Shown piece after piece: positions 62,887 through 64,000 of a stretch of DNA of 64,000 nt; the first letter of the stretch is position 1, and each line of letters opens with the position of its first letter. The DNA lies in contig NC_090330.1 in NCBI RefSeq assembly GCF_035084215.1, forward strand, positions 102,858,001-102,922,000, written 5' to 3'. The position numbers and the translations under genes are program-made. The notes beneath the pieces are model-generated. The model saw nothing but the letters and a program-made list of their open reading frames with translations. It was not told the origin of the DNA and searched no databases. This DNA comes from Heptranchias perlo (lineage: Eukaryota).

Positions 62887-63022
62887 GAGCGTGTTCCTGA
62901 CAGCCCTTCACCTGCTCCGTCCCTGGAAGATGGCCGCCGGCCAGGGAGTCATCCCTCTTCCCACCGGAGCAGCAGCGTGTCGAGTTCACCAGCCCGGACT
63001 GAGAGCTCTTCAGATAGAATCC
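62887..63022 (+). CDS. DACH1: Dachshund homolog 1 coding exon (136 nt, phase 0-1)
   Basis: Acceptor tcatttgtag, donor gtgagt; ERVPDSPSPAPSLEDGRRPGSHPSSHRSSSVSSSPARTESSSDRI(P), nearly identical to recalled vertebrate DACH1. Confidence 0.97.
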
Positions 63023-63356
63023 GTGAGTTCCTCCTATCGATACTTTCTACGCTAAATTTTTCATTTGGCTAATTTATTAAATGCAGTGTGTACACTTGTG
63101 GGTTTACAGGGCAGAGATGAAGCAAATCAACATCGTAACATAAAATGACTGAGATTGCATATTCTAAAGCAAATATAAAGACACAGTAGTATTTGAAATG
63201 GTTACATTGCAACTGAATCTGAACGCCATTTTTTTTTTGTTACTTTTCGGGCTTCCTTCTCTCCCCAATCGTTGACTGTTGTTGGTGTCTGGTTCCACTG
63301 ATGCCAGCAGTCCACCATTATCCTGCCCATTGTCCCCGTGTGAGCGGAGATACAAA

Positions 63357-63458
63357 GGGCCGATTTTCCTTGTCTTCCCCCCCCCCACCCCGTCCTGATG
63401 CTGGATAGGCGCGGTGCACCTGCATTCCCCAGGGAAAAAGGTCAGGAAAATCAACCCC
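63357..63458. mobile_element. ~100-bp MITE
   Basis: GGGCCGATTTTCC / GGAAAATCAACCCC termini. Confidence 0.55.
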
Positions 63459-63474
63459 GAAAGGCAACGGGACA

Positions 63475-63735
63475 ATTCGACTGTGGAGAGAATCACAGCT
63501 GTGCCTGATCCTCTTCTTATCTGATGGGCACATGTGGACTTTCCAGGAAGGGACACTGTTTAGCATCATGGAGCAGGAGCCCTGACCGATTTTTTCCCAC
63601 CTCCCTAGTCTAGGGATACTGATCCAACTATAACTCCCAAACTGTGGTTCCACCAGAGATTGGGTATCAAACCTGGAACCTCATGGGTCTCTATATCTCG
63701 GTTCACCACCAGTTTACTTACTTGGCCATTGGGGA
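63475..63735 (-). mobile_element. Old tRNA-derived SINE (second family)
   Basis: CACAGCTGTGCCTGATCCT...GGAGCAGGAGCCCTGACCGATTTT...AAACCTGGAACCTCATGGGTCT. Confidence 0.55.
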
Positions 63736-64000
63736 AGTTCTCCACTGATTTAATTGTTAGCGATTACTGGGTTCTTAATGTATAATGAACAATGTAGTCT
63801 GGAACTCCTTTTCTGGAAGCAGGCTGCTATGAAAATATGAAGTAAAGTTTCTACATGCTGATATAAGTACAATATCAATAGGTGTGGCCCATGTGTATCA
63901 TAATATTGTGCTATGGAACTAGCAACTAGTCTTCCAATTAGGACTCCTTTCAATAACAAATAGAAAGAAAAACTATATAATTTTAATGTTATTTTTATTC

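Overview
Vertebrate, almost certainly elasmobranch (shark-type), genomic DNA covering the middle of the Dachshund homolog 1 (DACH1) gene on the + strand. Three coding exons have canonical AG/GT ends and compatible phases: 49288-49443 (156 nt), 54743-54915 (173 nt) and 62887-63022 (136 nt). I found no upstream DACH1 exon, so the first ~49 kb is probably one long intron. The introns contain decayed CR1 and L2 LINEs, one L1-clade relic, DeuSINE (SacSINE1-like) copies, a second older tRNA-derived SINE, many GGG...CCC-ended Harbinger-like MITEs with 3-bp target duplications, and Penelope-like terminal fragments with minimal hammerhead ribozyme cores. Apart from the exon inside ORF 49179-49583, the supplied ORFs are transposon relics or chance frames. 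I found no convincing new multi-gene system. The best leads are the hammerhead-bearing inserts, unusual insertion junctions (a 34-bp TSD, a templated filler, a micro-inversion), a frame-preserving cassette-type exon, a 93-bp local duplication, a 51-bp periodic relic and several candidate enhancer blocks. Repeat boundaries are approximate unless a TIR or TSD is quoted, and family names come from recall, not a database search.
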